The notes under the pieces: model-generated
Databases searched by the model: none
Seen by the model: only the letters and a program-made list of their open reading frames with translations
What the model was told of the DNA's origin: nothing
Source: an uncultured Pelagibacteraceae bacterium
GTDB lineage: Bacteria > Pseudomonadota > Alphaproteobacteria > Pelagibacterales > Pelagibacteraceae
Length of the DNA stretch: 64,000 bases
Direction of reading: 5' to 3'
Assembly: GCA_902543575.1 (NCBI GenBank)
Contig: CACBYV010000004.1
Location: 47,558-111,557 of the forward strand
Position numbers and translations under genes: made by a program
Part shown: in pieces, positions 61,289-64,000 of the stretch
Layout: each line of letters begins with the position of its first letter
How positions within the stretch are numbered: the stretch's first letter is position 1

Positions 61289-62158
61289 TTATTTATTTCT
61301 ACTTAATATAAATTCAATTGTCTCTTTTAAATCACTAGCATTATTTCCATAGCTAACTAAATCATTAAATATTTCTTTTTTTAGTTTTGAAGCATATTTA
61401 ATAGCATTTTTATATCCTAGTAAACTTATTAATGTTGCTTTTCCCCTTTTTGAATCTTTATTTGTTTTTTTTCCTGCAGTTCTTGATGTACTGCTATAAT
61501 CAATTAAATCATCTGCAATTTGAAAAAGTAAACCAATTTTTTCACCAATAATTGAGAATTTTTTTATTTGATCTTTTTTATTTGTCAAAATAACTGGAGA
61601 CAAACAGCTGAATGAAAATAATTTTCCAGTCTTTTTAATCTCCATATCTATAACTTTTTGTTTAGAAACTTTTTTTCTTTCATAATTTAAATCCAAAAAT
61701 TGACCTCCAGCTATTCCTTGGTGACCTGATGATTGAGATATTAGATTTATTAGGGATATTTTTTTATTGTTATTTATATTGAACTTTGGATCAGATAAAA
61801 TTTCAAAAGCTAATGTCAAAAGAGAGTTTCCAGCTAAAACAGCTGTTGATTCTCCAAATTTTTTATGTGTAGTTAGTTTACCTCTTCTAATATCATCATC
61901 ATCCATACACGGTAAATCGTCATGTATTAGTGAATAAGCGTGTATACATTCAACAGCTGAACTTAAATATAAAAGATATTTTTTTTCTATATTAAAAATT
62001 TTTCCAACATCAAAAATAAGCTTAGATCTTATTTTTTTTCCTCCAGGAAATAAACCATACTTAATAGGTATAATTAGATCTGTTTTTTTTTGTTTTGCTA
62101 AGTAATTTTTTAAAAATTTGTTTACTTCATTAATAGTTTTAACTAATTTTTTTTTCAT
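61289..62158 (-). CDS. ispA: farnesyl diphosphate synthase
   Basis: 289 aa. LIHDDLPCMDDDDIRRG and FQIADDLIDY. xseB-ispA-dxs order. Confidence 0.88.
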   Translation of the reverse strand: MKKKLVKTINEVNKFLKNYLAKQKKTDLIIPIKYGLFPGGKKIRSKLIFDVGKIFNIEKKYLLYLSSAVECIHAYSLIHDDLPCMDDDDIRRGKLTTHKKFGESTAVLAGNSLLTLAFEILSDPKFNINNNKKISLINLISQSSGHQGIAGGQFLDLNYERKKVSKQKVIDMEIKKTGKLFSFSCLSPVILTNKKDQIKKFSIIGEKIGLLFQIADDLIDYSSTSRTAGKKTNKDSKRGKATLISLLGYKNAIKYASKLKKEIFNDLVSYGNNASDLKETIEFILSRNK

Positions 62159-62393
62159 TTTTTTTTGATGTTAATTCTTCTATTTTTAGCTTGGTACTTT
62201 CAGATATATTTTTTGAGTCCTTTTGAAATTTTTTTTCTATTATATTGTTTAATTTTATTAAATATTGATAATCTTCAATGGATTCTTCCAAATTTTTTTT
62301 ATTTTCTAATTTTTTAATTAAACGATCTGCTATATCTGTGAGTTCACTCAAAGATTTTAATTCAATATCATCTGGCAAAATTTTTTCATTCAT
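62139..62393 (-). CDS. xseB: exodeoxyribonuclease VII small subunit
   Basis: 84 aa helical protein in the conserved position upstream of ispA-dxs. Sequence support alone is modest. Confidence 0.7.
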   Translation of the reverse strand: MNEKILPDDIELKSLSELTDIADRLIKKLENKKNLEESIEDYQYLIKLNNIIEKKFQKDSKNISESTKLKIEELTSKKNEKKIS

Positions 62394-62413
62394 ATAATAG
62401 TTTGTAATATTAT

Positions 62414-63349
62414 ATGAAAATTAATGATTCAAATATTAAAAAAGCAGTAAAATATTTAAATAATAACGAATGTATTGGAATACCTACAGAAACTGTCTAT
62501 GGATTAGCTGCTAATGCCTATTCTGATATAGGCATTAAAAAAATATTTAAATTAAAAGGAAGGCCTTCTGATAACCCCTTGATAGTTCATTATTATAATA
62601 TTAAAGATTTGGAAAAAGATTGTGAGACAAATACTTTGTTTTATAAACTTTATAATTCATTATGCCCTGGACCAATTACCTTTATATTAAAACTAAAAAA
62701 TGAAAGCAAAATTTCAAAAAACGTTACTAATAACAAAAAAACATTAGGTGTAAGATTTCCAAGTCACCGAACCGCTAGAATATTATTAAAATCTTTAAAA
62801 TATCCTTTAGCAGCACCAAGTGCAAATATCTCTGAAGGGATAAGTCCGGTGACAAAAGATGATGTATATGATGAATTTGGAGAAAAAATTAAATTTATTC
62901 TAGAAGGTGGAAGATCAAAAGTTGGTGTTGAATCTACAATAATAAGTTTAGTAAAAAAACCCCAAATTTTAAGATTGGGCGGTTTAGATATTTCTATATT
63001 AAAAAAAAAATTAAAAATAAATTTAAAAACTAAATTGCATGGTAAAAACAATATAAATTCTCCAGGAAGAAGAAGAATTCACTATTCACCAGGTATACCC
63101 ATTAGATTAAACGCAGTTAAAATAAAAAAAGATGAGGCATTTATTCTAATTAAGAAGAAAAGAGAGAATAACAAGAATTATTTTTACTTAAGTAAGACAA
63201 ATAATCTAATGGAGAGTGTTAAAAATTTATATAAAACACTGAGAAAAATTAAGAAGCTAGGTTACAAAAAAATAGCTGTACAAAGAATACCAAACCGAAA
63301 CTTTGGATTAGTAATTAACGATAGACTTCTTAGAGCATCAAAAAAATGA
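62414..63349 (+). CDS. tsaC: L-threonylcarbamoyladenylate synthase (Sua5/TsaC, YrdC + Sua5 domains)
   Basis: 311 aa. GIPTETVYGLAANA, KGRPSDNPLIVH, SANISEG motifs. Confidence 0.88.
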   Translation: MKINDSNIKKAVKYLNNNECIGIPTETVYGLAANAYSDIGIKKIFKLKGRPSDNPLIVHYYNIKDLEKDCETNTLFYKLYNSLCPGPITFILKLKNESKISKNVTNNKKTLGVRFPSHRTARILLKSLKYPLAAPSANISEGISPVTKDDVYDEFGEKIKFILEGGRSKVGVESTIISLVKKPQILRLGGLDISILKKKLKINLKTKLHGKNNINSPGRRRIHYSPGIPIRLNAVKIKKDEAFILIKKKRENNKNYFYLSKTNNLMESVKNLYKTLRKIKKLGYKKIAVQRIPNRNFGLVINDRLLRASKK

Positions 63350-64000
63350 AAAATTTAGTAGAAGTTAAAAATATAAAAAAAAATTATGGAAAGAATGAGG
63401 CTGTCAAAGGGATAAGCTTTAACATAAAACAAGATGAAATTTTGGGGCTATTAGGTCCAAATGGTTCAGGCAAAACAACAACTATAGGGATGTTATTGGG
63501 GCTTTTAAAACCAACTAGTGGAGAAATTTTTATAAATGGTCAAAAATTGGAGGGAAATAGAATTGAAATCTTAGAACAAATTAATTTCATATCTCCATAT
63601 ATAGAATTACCAAAAAAACTTACAGTTAAACAAAACCTAACCGTTTATGGAAAATTATACAAAATAAATAATATTAATGAGAGAATTGAATTTTTGTCAG
63701 AAAAATTAAGATTAAAGGGATTGCTTAATAGTATTACAGGAGAATTATCTTCTGGACAAAAAAATAGAGTAAGTTTGGCAAAAGCACTAATCAATGAGCC
63801 TAAGGTATTGCTATTAGATGAACCAACTGCGTCTTTGGATCCAGAGGTAGGTGATTTTGTTAGGTCCTTTTTGGAAGATTACAAAAAAGAAAAAAAAATA
63901 TCCATACTTCTTGCTTCTCATAATATGAATGAGGTCACTAGGCTTTGTAAATCAATTCTAATGATGAAGGACGGAATTATTATTGATGAAGGAAATCCTG
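63346..64000 (+). CDS. ABC transporter ATP-binding protein (partial, runs off window)
   Basis: ATGA overlap with the tsaC stop. My translation gives MKNLVEVKNIKKNYG..., Walker A GPNGSGKTT, signature LSSGQKNR, Walker B LLLDEPTASLD. Not in the ORF track because it has no stop within the window. Confidence 0.85.
   Translation, partial: MKNLVEVKNIKKNYGKNEAVKGISFNIKQDEILGLLGPNGSGKTTTIGMLLGLLKPTSGEIFINGQKLEGNRIEILEQINFISPYIELPKKLTVKQNLTVYGKLYKINNINERIEFLSEKLRLKGLLNSITGELSSGQKNRVSLAKALINEPKVLLLDEPTASLDPEVGDFVRSFLEDYKKEKKISILLASHNMNEVTRLCKSILMMKDGIIIDEGNP

Overview
AT-rich, extremely gene-dense alphaproteobacterial chromosome segment. The two-piece tmRNA, the gene content, and the tiny or overlapping intergenic spacers fit a streamlined SAR11/Pelagibacterales-type genome (inference, not searched). 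About 2.3-31.0 kb is a complete type IVa pilus supercluster. It holds two pilin genes, a translationally coupled pilMN-pilO-pilP-pilQ-pilB-pilC operon, and pilT. Downstream are four minor-pilin-like genes, an unknown secreted ORF, a 1363-aa vWA/PilY1-like protein and an autotransporter-like beta-helix protein. pilD is co-oriented with moxR-DUF58-transglutaminase (TgpA-like). A partner-switching signalling set is embedded in and brackets this locus, and no sigma factor gene is in the window. The set has a STAS protein plus RsbW-like kinase between pilA and pilC, an ammonium-transporter::PP2C phosphatase fusion at the left border, and a GAF::PP2C phosphatase at the right border. I consider this candidate nutrient-gated regulatory system for the pilus the most interesting signal. 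Also notable is a PilY1 vWA domain interrupted by a six-repeat NHL-like propeller. About 31-64 kb is housekeeping: mreBCD-mrdA-rodA, ilvBHC-leuA, miaA, degP, hflKC, mrp, thyX, permuted ssrA, tRNA-Leu(GAG), nadAC, ppdK, glyQS, sppA, ispB, pdxH, aroC, dxs-ispA-xseB, sua5 and a partial ABC ATPase. I saw no rRNA, CRISPR, transposase, integrase or phage genes. All functional calls rest on motif and architecture recognition by eye; no database search was run.
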